Program-made: the position numbers and the translations under genes
Notes under the pieces: model-generated
What the model saw: only the letters and a program-made list of their open reading frames with translations
Databases searched by the model: none
Told to the model about the DNA's origin: nothing
DNA from: Eukaryota sp. TZLM1-RC
Taxonomy: Eukaryota; Protista; Metamonada: BaSk clade
NCBI GenBank assembly: GCA_040285825.1
Contig: JAUPSS010000003.1
Coordinates: 3,348,001 to 3,412,000, forward strand
Direction of reading: 5' to 3'
Length of the DNA stretch: 64,000 nt
Shown: positions 33,922 to 45,439 of the stretch, piece by piece
How the letters are laid out: every line of letters begins with the position of its first letter
How positions within the stretch are numbered: the first letter of the stretch is position 1

Positions 33922-35180
33922 TTTATTTATTGAATTTGCACACTTAATTAAATTAACTCATAACTAATGGGACGACTATCATTGAACCAAGATTTCCTCT
34001 ACAAAATCTTGATCTGCTTGCTTGCTGTCTAGCTAAATCTTCTCTTATTCGATTGAAAAACCGAGGTAATCTATTAATAATGGCAAATTGAATCCGTGAA
34101 CGCCATAAAAAAATATCAAATCTTTGCATTGTCTTTTCTTGCACCATTTTTTGGAAGTCATTCAAAAAAGTTTCTGCTTTATCTGATAATCTTCCATTTA
34201 TCGAAAATGGGAAAGCAATGAAAACCAGCTGTGTATTTCTATTGATGCCGTTAGGCGGCTTTCCCAAAGATGAAAAGAAGAAATGAGAGCTTTATTAATA
34301 GAAATACTTGTTCTTGAACAAGTGCCACGTCATCATGTAAATTCCTCATCTGTCTACCAATTAGTTTATCAGTAACAACAACACTATCGGCATTAGCCTC
34401 TTCAATATCGTTATCATATTTTCTATGTTTCTCTTTTGCTTTAAAATCGAGAGCAGTCACAGGATTAAGTTTTCTTTTGTGAACGAAAGTATCATTTGCA
34501 ACATTACATGAGACAAAGTCAACAATAGCTTCAGAATTATCAATCCAATCACAGTATACATCACCTCTATCATCAGAACCAAAATTGTTTAGAGAAAATG
34601 ATTCCTTCAGCAGAGGCTCTTTGATACACGAAATTCTTGCAGTTTGTGCCATATTGAAAACAATGTCTCTAACAGCATCATGTAATGAAGAACGATAAGT
34701 TATCAATTTAGAGCAATTTAGAGCATGGCGCAAAGTGAGTTGAGGTGAATTCGAACAAATACATTTTTCTTTTGATAGTAATTGATTAACGGGGATATTC
34801 AAATATAATCTCATTTTTGTTACAAATGCTTCATTAGTAGCACACAATCCAAATCTTCGTGGTACAATGGTCACAAAAAGTGAAGAATCTGATGACTTGC
34901 TTTCACAAACACCCTTTTCCAATAACAATGAGTGAAGATCTTGATTTAAAACAGGCGAGTTGCATATATTATTATAAAGACCATTTTCATACATTCCAGT
35001 CAATCGTTTCTGTAATGTTCGAAGAGTGTACTTCAAATTTAAAACATTCTTTTCTGGAATATTGCCATTGAATGATAGGGGAAAGCATCGACCCCATTTT
35101 TCTGCACTAATTTTTGAAATTTCTTCATTTAATGCAAAAACAGTGGAACTTTGCGTTGCCATCAATAAATCTTGCCAATC
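33922..35180 (-). mobile_element. Family A copy 4, 5'-truncated, interrupted by a solo LTR
   Basis: ORF 34251-35165 is homologous to the family A RLE region. Same 3' UTR. Confidence 0.92.
34243..34383 (-). mobile_element. Solo LTR-like insertion (141 bp) with 4-bp TSD
   Basis: Minus strand TGTTG...CATCA flanked by ATAG/ATAG. Removal restores family A GCCGATAGAAATAC. Internal AATAAA. Confidence 0.82.
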
Positions 35181-35904
35181 TTTGAATTTCTGTAAAACAT
35201 CAAATCAAAGTAAACATGGAAGAGTGTAATCGATTTACCTTTCCTATATTTTTCATTTAGGTATGGTATTAATATGCTCTATTGCTATTAGTTGAACTTC
35301 ACCGCAGCTTTTTTTGTTTTCGTTTCAGATGCCACTTTTGAATAATTTTCAATACATTCAAAACACAAAAAACAACAACACAACTAAAAATGATAAGGCC
35401 TCTTGCTTTGCTGACACCATTATGATATCAATTGCTGATTATCTCCATCCATTGATTCATTCTCATGTTATATATTAATTAAATCTACCTACTGCTGCTT
35501 TGCAATTCATTCAATGTATATATACTTGATGTTGACAAATGAATAGCAAATTTTGAGTTTATTCTACAAATGAACAATTCATTTCAAAACACAACGAATT
35601 CCATTTTGAATACAGGTCGTCGATATCAATTTACGTAAATCAATTTTTTAAATTTTACAGAAATCTTTCACAAGGTCAAGCTTACATGGAAAAACGAATA
35701 ATGAAGGAAAATGGTCGAATAGAAAATGCTGTTGTTTGATAAACTAAAAAAATAATGAAAAATAAAATAAAAAATAGAATATAATAATGAATAGTTAAAA
35801 CAAAGAATAAATCTAGACAAAATTCGACTGATCAGCGAACAGATGTTGACCCCAAAACTCTGTTTCAATTATATCAGAAAGAAAATTTTTTTTGCTACAA
35901 TTTA

Positions 35905-36815
35905 ATTTATTCCAGCGAGACACTAAACAACACAAATTAAAATTCTAGATCTGCATACCTCAAATCAGCCAATAAGAATTGACCGGAAGTTTTTTCTTCA
36001 CAAAAGCGACCAAGAATAAACAAAGCAGAAGATAATAAGGGGGCAACACCTTTAAAAATTGAAAATACAATTCTGTTCCGCCAAAATGTTTTGTCAAAAA
36101 TTCTTCCTGTTCGATGTTTCACAATTTCAACAAAATCATCCAAGAAGGATAAAGCAAGTGGTCCAAACGTGCCATGTAGATACAAAGCAAATGGACAAAG
36201 GACATAATGATTGTGAGATTCAGCATCGAAGGATAACAACATTGCTTTATATTTATCAATTTTAGTGTTTTCGGCCACAAAAAGAGATTCCTGTATTTTG
36301 TAGGTTTCTCCCTAATGAGTACCTTAGTTTATACTATGTAGGTTTAAATAGAATTACCCGCCTTATCTAACCTTTAATATAACACCTACAGCTAGTATGT
36401 CTATCGGCAACACTTTTGACTGCGCTAAAGGTATAAAGGATTTACTACACACATCAGTGGATCTCACATCAGTAATGATAGTCGTCCCTGCAATACCTTC
36501 AAGTATTAAATCTATTTCGACCAAAAGAACTCACAGTATCTTCATCAACCAAACGAGAGAGAGTGGTTCTAAATTGGAAACAATTCTATGTGACTTTGAC
36601 ATACAATAGAACTGATACCCAACTGCGTCATGGATTTTTGATCGAAAAATAATAAAGTGTTTACAATTAAAAGAAGATTTGGAGAAAATCTTTGATCCAA
36701 ATTTACAAATCAAATTATGAAGCACGTTATTGGGTTAAATGAAACATCGAAGGCGTATTGTACAAGAAAATGTGGAATATTCTAAAAGAAGACCATAAAT
36801 TTGAGGAATTTGTAT
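35905..36815 (-). mobile_element. Family B retrotransposon 3' fragment (decayed)
   Basis: Homologous to 12950-13740 (RSKIHDAV, TKIDKYK, LCPFA, FWRNRIVFSIFKG). Confidence 0.85.
36299..36412. mobile_element. TG...CA-bounded ~114-bp insertion (probable solo LTR)
   Basis: Interrupts family B at AQSK^YR. Internal TGTAGGT/ACCTACA inverted pair (36299-36390). The TSD is imperfect. Confidence 0.5.
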
Positions 36816-37044
36816 AATATTCAGAGTAAACAGATGCACAAGAGATGGTAAAGAATTTGTAATAAGGACATAAAGGGCCAGAAGTCACTACAGTTTTCTG
36901 ATTAATGAAATTTAAAAATAAAGGGATGGTGCTTTATGGCCTATAATACAAAAAAGTTAAAAAAACTTAACAATTAATTTGAAAATTATGAAATCATATA
37001 TTACAAAAACTGAAATTAAATTTGAACAAATAACCCTAAAAAAT

Positions 37045-40000
37045 TCACCTTGGAGTTGCTAATGGTGTTTCCAAAGGTTTTGTATTTCTCCTATTGCCTC
37101 TCCTTCGTGCAACAGTTCGAGTTCTAGAACTTTTCAAAGTTTCTCTTCGTGAAGTTAACATTGATTCAGCATCGTCAATTCCAACTTTAAACTGTATTCC
37201 CATCGATCGGACAGGAGACTTGGCATCACCAGAGTCATCCAAGAGCACGAAATTAGAGGGTTCGGCCATGGAAGATATTGATTCAGGTGGAGAACTTGCA
37301 ATAGATGAGAGTGAATCTCGTACAAGGGCCGGGGTAGCTGGGAATTGATGGTTATGTGGTATTGTTTTATTCGAACGAACAGACATTGCAGAAAAAGGAC
37401 GATCCCGCATAGATAGCCTAGACTTGATCATTCTGGAAGGGGGACGACCAGGGCCAGAAGAAGACATTTCGGAAGAGTGAAGCTTACCATACTGATACTG
37501 CAACACTTTGTGAATCGGATCATAGACTACCTTGTCGTTAAGTTTGGAAGTTTTATTGACAGTACTGACCACCTGAAGGGGCACAACAATCTTAGATGCA
37601 TGGTTGAGGTTCAAGAACCTTCTGAGAGGATACCGTGGAGGGCGTATCTTTGGAGGAACAAACGAAGCATCTCTCTTGGATCGGAAACTTGCCTTACATC
37701 GCTCCACATAATACCTCAGCAACTCAAACCGTTGGCGAACCACGTAACCTCGCCATAAAGATTGTATCTTGACCGCAGCATCATTTCTATTCTTTTGAAC
37801 GTTAAGTGAAAAAGGCTCATTTGAAAAGAAAATTTCGGTAGTTGAATGGCGACGAGTGGCTCTTTTACCATTAAAATGATTGAAATCTACTCTCCTTGGC
37901 GAATGTATTAGTTCCTGCGTAGTTTGGTATGGTAAGAAGGCCCACGGATGACCAGACCAAATATTGGGATTATTGGACGACTCATTGTTGTACACAGTCG
38001 AGATAATTAATCTGCTAATAATGGAATCAGCGACATCAAGCGATTCTGGATTGAGCTGAGGAGTGGAGGATTTTGTTGAAACATTTGGAATCTGGTTTTG
38101 AGCTGTTTTCAAGGAGTGTTTGTCTAAATTAAAACGCTTAAAGTACAGTAAAGTTCTAACCAAAGATTGATAAAAGCGTATTGAATTGACATTCTGCAGG
38201 TGAATATTTTGACATTGACAAGAGCGGATCATTTTTTGGAGATTTTGCACTGTCGATGTTGATTCTTGCAGTTTTTTACAAAGTATTATAGTCCTTGACC
38301 AATTTTGAATCTTGGCTATGAATTTTGCATACTCCTCAGTTTCCTTCTCGGAAACGAGTGCTAAGTTTTTGCGGGTAAGGAAACCACGAATAATTGATTG
38401 AATCACGACACTTTTTGACCTTTGAATTAAAAATTTCGATCTAGTAACAGATGAACGGGCAGCAGAAGCAAACAACGTCATGGCGGCAACATTACAGAGG
38501 TAATAACGTCGAGATTGACCACATCTGATAATTGATTGCAGTAAACAGACCAACCCTAATCTGTTCCTCAATGATTGTTTCAAAAAATGTGATTTAATTT
38601 TTGATTGGCAAGCTTCGATGCATTGCTTGTTGAAATTCATTTGGTTTTGAACGAAAGTAGTTCTAATGGCTGATTGAAGAAAAATCAATGATGTGAGCTT
38701 TTCATTGAAATTTTGCCTCGCCAGATAACCTCTAAAAACTGACTGAATAATGACAGCAGCAACACTATGTTCTCGAAGCCGTATGTTCATTGATTTCAAC
38801 AAAGTAAATTGTCTTTGAGCTAGTGACGATTTGAAGGCGCATTGAATAAGAGTAAATGATTTCAGCTGTTTTCTCAAGTTTTCCCTTGAAATTTTGGCAT
38901 GGCACAGTGAGCTCAAATAAAACAAAGAAGGGATCATATTAAAATATTGACGACGAGACAGATAACCCCTCACTGTTTTTTGGATAGTGATTGTTGATTG
39001 TTGCAAATTTTTAAATTTTCGTCGGCAAAGGGAAAATTTGATAAGACATTGAATACAATTGAAGCAATGCCAAACTTGAATATTTCGTCTCTTTATAATA
39101 AACTTTCTTATTAACGATTGAATTAAAACTGACTTTCGTTGCATATCTTGGAACTTTCTTCTCGAAATGACAGCTTGCATACCGGAAGAAAAGCTTCTTA
39201 TTGTTATTACCTGGCGATTGAACCCAGCTCTAACTAAAAATCCCCTGATTGAGGACTGAATAGATATTGCTGCAGATTGTTGTTTAAAAGAACCCCTTTT
39301 TGAAAGAAATTTTCGAACAATTGATTGAATAAGAATGGTAGAACTTTTTAAAATTTGGTAATTTTTACGGTCATTATACGTACGAATTAAGGATTGAATT
39401 TTGACACAATTAAACTTTAATTTTTGGAATTCTAAACGTCCCAAGTGCATTCTGACAGTAGAAGAGATCAGTAGAGAAGATTGCAAAATTTTCAGGTAGT
39501 TCTGTCTAGCATTAAACCTTCTAATCACTGATTGAATAACAATAGCCGCATCCAATTCAACTTTCAATCGTTGTCTCGAAAGGTAGCCTTTGAAAACTGA
39601 TTGTAGCTTGATAGTAGAAGCTAGCAGTTGTTTAAAAGCTTTACAAGCTAAATATTTGCGTAATTGTGACTGAATTACCACACTTGATCTCCTCTCTCTT
39701 CTGAATTGAGCTCTACACAGATGCATTTTGATTAATGATCTTATTAAATAATACTTTTCCAGACAGCATCTGTACTGTTTCTGATAATAAAACCTTTTGA
39801 AAGTTTTTTGAATTACAACGGCAGAAGAATTCATTTTAAAAATCATTTGTTCAATCAAAAAGCGTTTGCAATTACTCTGGAATAACACGACAGATTGAAT
39901 TTTTCGAGAATGATCTTTTTTGGCAAGAAATCCCTTGACCAAAGCTTGGTATTTGACAACATTGTTTACATCTCTAATACGATGATGTTGAGCCAATTTT

Positions 40001-42078
40001 GATTTAATTAATGATTGTAATAGAGTAATTGATTGTTTAAATCCAAAATACCTTTGCTTATCCAAAAACATTCTAATAACAGATTGCAAGTAAATGGTGT
40101 TCACCCGCAGAGTGGAAAAGGACTTGCGGACCGAAAATCTTCTGAAATTGGATTGAATAACAATTGCAGAATTATTTAACTTGAAAACTCTACATTTATC
40201 CAGAAACATCCTAATAACAGATTGCAGTAAAATAGTAGAATCCTGAAGTAAATAATAACGTTGCCTGGTCCTGATTCCTTTGAAATATCTTTGCAGAGTA
40301 AACGTAGCAGAAACCTTTCTTAAAAAGTCTTTTTTGGTCAAGAATCTTCTGATGTTTGATTGAATAATGATTGCAGCTGATTGTTGTTTCAAATAAACAG
40401 ATCGATATAGGAAACCTCTAACTAATCGTTGGATCAAAATTGCTGACTTTGACTGACTTTTGACCTGCTTACGTGTCAAAACCCCCCTAAAAATTGATTG
40501 GAGATAAATGACCTTCATCTGCAACTGATTTGATTGTTTCCGAATCAAAAAACCCCTAATAAGTGACTGGATTATTGTCGCTTTGATCTCATCCCTCTTT
40601 CTGATCAAAAATTTGAAATATTCACGTCCAAGATATCCTCTGAAAACTGATTGAATTAGCAAAGCAGCAGCTTCCTTTTGAGCTTCTTCTTGAATCTTCT
40701 TGACTTTAAGAATGGCTTTTTTGCGAATAAAGCCTTTTCCTGTCGAGTCAAGCACCAGAGGGTCAAATTCCTGCCTGTTCAAATCATTATGAGCGTTCCT
40801 GCGTAATTCTTCATCATTTTTGAGCCTTCTTCTGCAAATGAATCCTCTCAAGACACGTTGTACCAACAGAGCACTAAAAAGTCTGTGCTGGTCAAGCTCA
40901 TTTTGAGCTTGATGACGTTTACAAGCTAACTCCCTTCTTGCCAAAAACCCTCTTATGACAGACTGAACAACAACAGCAGCATCTTTTTGAGCAATAATTG
41001 AAGGTTTAACATTGAAACTCTTCATCTCAAACACGGCTCTTTTTCTTACATATTGACTAGATTTTGGTGGAGGAGCTGGAGTGGTCAATGTTCTGAAAGG
41101 GTCAAAAACAGGAGGTGTAACGTCATCATCTTGACTGTTGTTGACCGGCAAACGTGATTTTTGATCTTCTATTGGAGGAAGTTTTAAACCCGATGATGTA
41201 GCTCCAGTTGTTAAATCCTCCAAAACTTTCCTAATTCGGCCCATCAAAACGATATCCAAAGAATACTCTTGACCAACAGCCAAAGCCCTCCTTAGACAAA
41301 GAATGGCATCGCTAAACTTGTGCAGTCGAAGCTGTTCAATTCCACAATTATGATGAGTACTTGCCAAATAATGTGCAATATTTGAGCTGACATCGTCATC
41401 ACCCTTAGATGATCTCTTCATGATCTCTTCTTGGAAAACTGAAACTGTCTTATAGTTGACCTTCAAAGACTCATCATGCTTTCCCAATTGGGAAAGAATG
41501 ACCCCCAAGTTAAAGAGACTTCCGCCATAATTATTGGGATTAGAAATCTTGTTCTCGATCTTAATCGCCTTCTGACAAAAGGAAAGTGCTGCATTTAGCT
41601 TGGATCTACGTCTAAAGTAACAAGCTAAATTATTAAATGTGACCGCCCTAAAGCAAAGTCTCTGAGGAAAAGAGCAAATGGAACCCTCAGTAAGGTATTC
41701 TACTTTCTTGAGGAGGTCAAGAGAGGTATCAAAGTGAGACATGGAAAGGAGCTTAATGGCAAAAGTGTTGGCTTGGGCACATATTCTATGGCAGAGGTCA
41801 TGGGTGTCAGGGTCATCAGAAGGGAATAGGGAGAGTCGAGTGGAGAGAGAGCGCTCCAGAGACTTAATACAATCGGTAAATCTCTTTTCATTGGCAGCAT
41901 TAATGGCATCTTGCTCCAAAAGCATGATCTCAATAGCGTACTTGCGATTGTCAGGGTTGAGATCATTGAATGAAGAGCTTTTGTTAAGTTTATCAAGTAA
42001 AGGTGTTGATGGAGTAGATGGAAGAAGGTTTGAAGAACGAAACGTTGAGCCGAGCCATATTGGAAGGTGAGTCTTCAT
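37045..42078 (-). CDS. TPR- and IQ-repeat calmodulin-binding protein
   Basis: 1677 aa. N-terminal TPRs (AVTFNNLACYFRR, LFNLGVILSQLGKH) and dozens of IQxxxRGxxxR motifs. Confidence 0.88.
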   Translation of the reverse strand: MKTHLPIWLGSTFRSSNLLPSTPSTPLLDKLNKSSSFNDLNPDNRKYAIEIMLLEQDAINAANEKRFTDCIKSLERSLSTRLSLFPSDDPDTHDLCHRICAQANTFAIKLLSMSHFDTSLDLLKKVEYLTEGSICSFPQRLCFRAVTFNNLACYFRRRSKLNAALSFCQKAIKIENKISNPNNYGGSLFNLGVILSQLGKHDESLKVNYKTVSVFQEEIMKRSSKGDDDVSSNIAHYLASTHHNCGIEQLRLHKFSDAILCLRRALAVGQEYSLDIVLMGRIRKVLEDLTTGATSSGLKLPPIEDQKSRLPVNNSQDDDVTPPVFDPFRTLTTPAPPPKSSQYVRKRAVFEMKSFNVKPSIIAQKDAAVVVQSVIRGFLARRELACKRHQAQNELDQHRLFSALLVQRVLRGFICRRRLKNDEELRRNAHNDLNRQEFDPLVLDSTGKGFIRKKAILKVKKIQEEAQKEAAALLIQSVFRGYLGREYFKFLIRKRDEIKATIIQSLIRGFLIRKQSNQLQMKVIYLQSIFRGVLTRKQVKSQSKSAILIQRLVRGFLYRSVYLKQQSAAIIIQSNIRRFLTKKDFLRKVSATFTLQRYFKGIRTRQRYYLLQDSTILLQSVIRMFLDKCRVFKLNNSAIVIQSNFRRFSVRKSFSTLRVNTIYLQSVIRMFLDKQRYFGFKQSITLLQSLIKSKLAQHHRIRDVNNVVKYQALVKGFLAKKDHSRKIQSVVLFQSNCKRFLIEQMIFKMNSSAVVIQKTFKRFYYQKQYRCCLEKYYLIRSLIKMHLCRAQFRRERRSSVVIQSQLRKYLACKAFKQLLASTIKLQSVFKGYLSRQRLKVELDAAIVIQSVIRRFNARQNYLKILQSSLLISSTVRMHLGRLEFQKLKFNCVKIQSLIRTYNDRKNYQILKSSTILIQSIVRKFLSKRGSFKQQSAAISIQSSIRGFLVRAGFNRQVITIRSFSSGMQAVISRRKFQDMQRKSVLIQSLIRKFIIKRRNIQVWHCFNCIQCLIKFSLCRRKFKNLQQSTITIQKTVRGYLSRRQYFNMIPSLFYLSSLCHAKISRENLRKQLKSFTLIQCAFKSSLAQRQFTLLKSMNIRLREHSVAAVIIQSVFRGYLARQNFNEKLTSLIFLQSAIRTTFVQNQMNFNKQCIEACQSKIKSHFLKQSLRNRLGLVCLLQSIIRCGQSRRYYLCNVAAMTLFASAARSSVTRSKFLIQRSKSVVIQSIIRGFLTRKNLALVSEKETEEYAKFIAKIQNWSRTIILCKKLQESTSTVQNLQKMIRSCQCQNIHLQNVNSIRFYQSLVRTLLYFKRFNLDKHSLKTAQNQIPNVSTKSSTPQLNPESLDVADSIISRLIISTVYNNESSNNPNIWSGHPWAFLPYQTTQELIHSPRRVDFNHFNGKRATRRHSTTEIFFSNEPFSLNVQKNRNDAAVKIQSLWRGYVVRQRFELLRYYVERCKASFRSKRDASFVPPKIRPPRYPLRRFLNLNHASKIVVPLQVVSTVNKTSKLNDKVVYDPIHKVLQYQYGKLHSSEMSSSGPGRPPSRMIKSRLSMRDRPFSAMSVRSNKTIPHNHQFPATPALVRDSLSSIASSPPESISSMAEPSNFVLLDDSGDAKSPVRSMGIQFKVGIDDAESMLTSRRETLKSSRTRTVARRRGNRRNTKPLETPLATPR

Positions 42079-42155
42079 GGGGTGTAAGGCTCAGACCAGG
42101 TGTCAGTGATCTTCGTTATATAAGGAATGTTGGTTCTTGAAGAGAGAATTTTGAT

Positions 42156-42446
42156 AAAATGAATTAAACAACAATAGTTGACTTATACAAAAAGTAAGAC
42201 GACATCAGGGTTAAAGAGATAGCACGGAATTAAACATCAAACTTTATCACTCGGCCAGAGCTGATACTTGGAACATTATTTTAAAACACAAAAGCCTTGA
42301 TTAATTCACTGTGGATTGAAATACGCTTTCACCCTTTCACCAAGTAAATTAATCATAAGGTGAGTGACCATGATTACAGGCATGGATCGACATTAAGTTA
42401 TTAAAAAATATTTATCAAAAACAAAAATAATTCCAAAACGAAATAA
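42156..42446. repeat. Dispersed non-coding repeat, copy 2
   Basis: Similar to 20436-20760. Confidence 0.85.
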
Positions 42447-42524
42447 AAAAGTTTTGAAAAAAGAGCTAAAAATACAAAAATTACTAAAAGATCATTAATT
42501 AATTCAAGAGCACAGAACAATCTA

Positions 42525-43082
42525 TTAATCAGAATTTACAGACTTCCCCTCACTAGTTACTGGAACATCATATTTATGAAGTTCCCTCCGCCAAGAATTA
42601 CACAAATACCCCCACTTCTTCTTACTTATTTTGAGATCAATCGGTGGGGTTTTTGGATGATGGTCTTCTCGTTGGTTGAATGGAATTTGTTCAATGTATC
42701 GCTTGTATCCTTCTGTACTTTTTCCAAACTGAATCTGACGCTGCCTCCATTTCAAGCGTACAGGATCTTCTTCGGATGTACCGATGTCCGGGGTGGTGGC
42801 ACGTTTCCGTATAAACAATCCATCAGCTGAGGGATGTCTGCTTGGGGAGGTAGGAGAGGAAGGACATGCAGCAGGTGACCTTGGGGTGTTTGGTGAATTT
42901 GGTCTAGAATTGCCTGGACTAAGGATACGACTGCGCTGAGCGGGAGGTGCTGTGGATGTAATATTTCCTGGAGAAGCGATACGTTTCCTTGTTGGAGGGG
43001 AGGAAGGGACAGGATCGGCATGTTCTGGACTCAACAACGCAATCTTGTCAAGAACCTCCTTGGATTCACAACATGATGACAT
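42525..43082 (-). CDS. SLBP: Histone RNA stem-loop binding protein
   Basis: RLKWRQRQIQFGKSTEGYKRYIEQIP..HPKTP..SKKKW..WRRELHKYD is the SLBP RNA-binding domain. Confidence 0.92.
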   Translation of the reverse strand: MSSCCESKEVLDKIALLSPEHADPVPSSPPTRKRIASPGNITSTAPPAQRSRILSPGNSRPNSPNTPRSPAACPSSPTSPSRHPSADGLFIRKRATTPDIGTSEEDPVRLKWRQRQIQFGKSTEGYKRYIEQIPFNQREDHHPKTPPIDLKISKKKWGYLCNSWRRELHKYDVPVTSEGKSVNSD

Positions 43083-43149
43083 ATATAGAGATAGGATAGA
43101 GTTGGAATGTCAAAAAACAGCTTCTTCGTTCCCCCACAATTTCACATGA

Positions 43150-44555
43150 TTTTGCACGTCAATTTAATGCTTTGAGATCCAATTTTTTAGGTAATTTGGT
43201 GAAAATATGTCCATTAAAAATTCCTTATCATGCATTTTTAGTCCTACATCTGCTGGAGTTGGTTTTTCAAAAGCAGAATATTTATGCAAAAGTGCTTTCA
43301 TTATTGGTATTACCGCGGTTTTTCAATCGAAATAGAGAAGCTTTAGCTAGACAGCAAGCAAATCAAGATTTTGTAGAGGAAATCTTGGTTTAATGATAGT
43401 CGTCCCATTAGTTATGATTTAATTTAATCAAGTGTGCAAATTCAATAAATATATTATTGGTATGAAAAATTTTCTTTTTGAGTGAAAACTCCAGTTTGAT
43501 CAAATTCCTTTGAATGAATCACATCTTTTATCGAAGTCTCTCGAAAACATGGTGCAAGAACTACCTATTGATGTGTGGAATAAGTGTTTTCCTTCAAGTT
43601 TGCCTTCTGTACCTTCGAGATCTTTGTCTAATCTTCATCTTGCTGTTGTGAAATTGCAGAAGTCTGTTTTAACTGGTTGTGAAGACCTGGATATTGCTAA
43701 ACGACTTAGTGTGACTAAGATTAATAATCCCGTCTTTGCTGCATTTTTATCAGACATCCAGAATTGCACTAGTTTAATTTCTCAGCAACCAAGGCCATTT
43801 GGTCTTCACTTAACAAATGAAGCTTGGAAACAAAACATGCGTTTGAGATTAGGGTTGTATCCAAGTGGACTTTTAAACAATTCTGTTTGTATTTGTAACG
43901 AAAAACCGTCTACCAATTTCTGTCATAGTGTAAGTTGTAAGAAGTTTCTTCAATATCGGTCAGTTCTTCAAAATGCCGTTCGTGATGTGACATATGAGAT
44001 GTTTAAGTGTTATAATTTTAGTTTCAAAGTAGAACCGTTGTTGAAGCATTATAGCGATAATAATCTGTTTAATTCACGTCGAGGTGATTTAATTGCTCCT
44101 TTTGTGGATTCCTCTCAAGTTGTTGTTGATTTTACTACAGTTGATCCCTTTGCTTCAATTTATCGTGATGATGTTTTAGTTGGTTCTAATGGTCACTTGA
44201 ACAAGGCTCAGGTTCGTCAGCGACACAAATATGCTGAGATATCAAATGATTTAAATATGAACCTTTACTCGAAGTTTTCGTTTGTTCCTTTTGCTTTCTC
44301 GATTTTTTGGCAACATTGGACAGTCTGCCTTGAATTTTCTCAATAATTTTGATAATATATGTCGTTCAAGTGGTAACAATTTTGCAGGGAAATTATGGAA
44401 GAATCGTATCATTTTGCTTTGTATAGAAGTGTTCCCAAGTACTTAAATTTAATGATGTCCAAGCTGTATAAGGATTCATCAAGAGTTGGCGTGGAGAATT
44501 TTGTTTCTTATGTGTTTTAGTTTGTTATTGTTAGTTCGTTATTTGATAAATAAAG
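43150..44555 (+). mobile_element. RLE non-LTR retrotransposon family D, 3' fragment (decayed)
   Basis: AGVGFSKAEYLCKSAFIIG^MKNFLFE, MRLRLG, CIC..HSVSC, NAVRD, VEPLL, RRGDL, DFTTVD, RHKY, FVPFA. Confidence 0.85.
43311..43452 (+). mobile_element. Family A extreme 3' retrocopy (142 bp) with 11-bp TSD, nested in family D
   Basis: ATTATTGGTAT at 43300-43310 and 43453-43463 flanks family A LPRFFNR..FVEEILV* plus the 3' UTR. Confidence 0.9.
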
Positions 44556-44569
44556 ATTCACAATATCTT

Positions 44570-45085
44570 CAATACACACATCAAAATCATCAAATCTCTT
44601 CAGTGCGCGATTTTCACACTGTATTCCTAATTGTAATAGTGCTTTGGTTATCATTTCTGGAATTGCTTTAAGTATACTGACACAATTCTATTTTGCCAGA
44701 AATCAAACTTCAGCTCTTTTTTTGCTCTTTCTTTTATTAAACATCTGAAACCTTCGAGAAATTTAACATCAGATATTCCAGTGTTACGAAAAAGAGAAAC
44801 AGCAAATACAACCAGCTGATTCTTGACATGCTCAACACGCCCAAGCTGAGATTAAGGCTCTTTGTACTTTTTGATTGCTCTTTCCAGCAAAGCAAAGCGG
44901 AGTTTCAATTTTTGAACAAAATTAATTGCTGATTCTTTACAAGCATCAACATGACAACATCAACAACTTTGATCACAGCATCAGACCTAGGAACAATTAA
45001 ATCAGCACGGCGTTTCCCAAAAGTATTATCATCTTCATTTTCATGAGATAACTTAGGCACAAGTTTTTCAAGAAAAGCTTCAATA
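44570..45085 (-). mobile_element. Family C retrotransposon 3' fragment
   Basis: Homologous to 18150-18672 (TFGKRRADLI..IKVVDVV). Confidence 0.88.
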
Positions 45086-45439
45086 CTCAACCAAAAAGTT
45101 AACAGCCAACCTCCTCTTGCGCCTTCCCATCAATACCATACACCTTCCTTCTTCTTTTATCATATGACAATCTTCCTTCTCTACGTAATGTACTTAATTC
45201 TGTGTCTCAATCATCGGCTCTAATTCAAAGACCACGTAAGCGACGATTTTTGACCTTTTTGTACACTTTAGATATCAGTTTTCTCTTGCCTGAGGTGACT
45301 ATTTTTTTTTTCTTAGTGTTAAAAGTTTCATATATACAGCACATTGAATTTGATTCATGATGTTATAATATTTAGTGTCCCCAATAAAAGCATTCTGTTT
45401 TCACTATTAATATATTAACTGAACCAGAAACCAATTATA

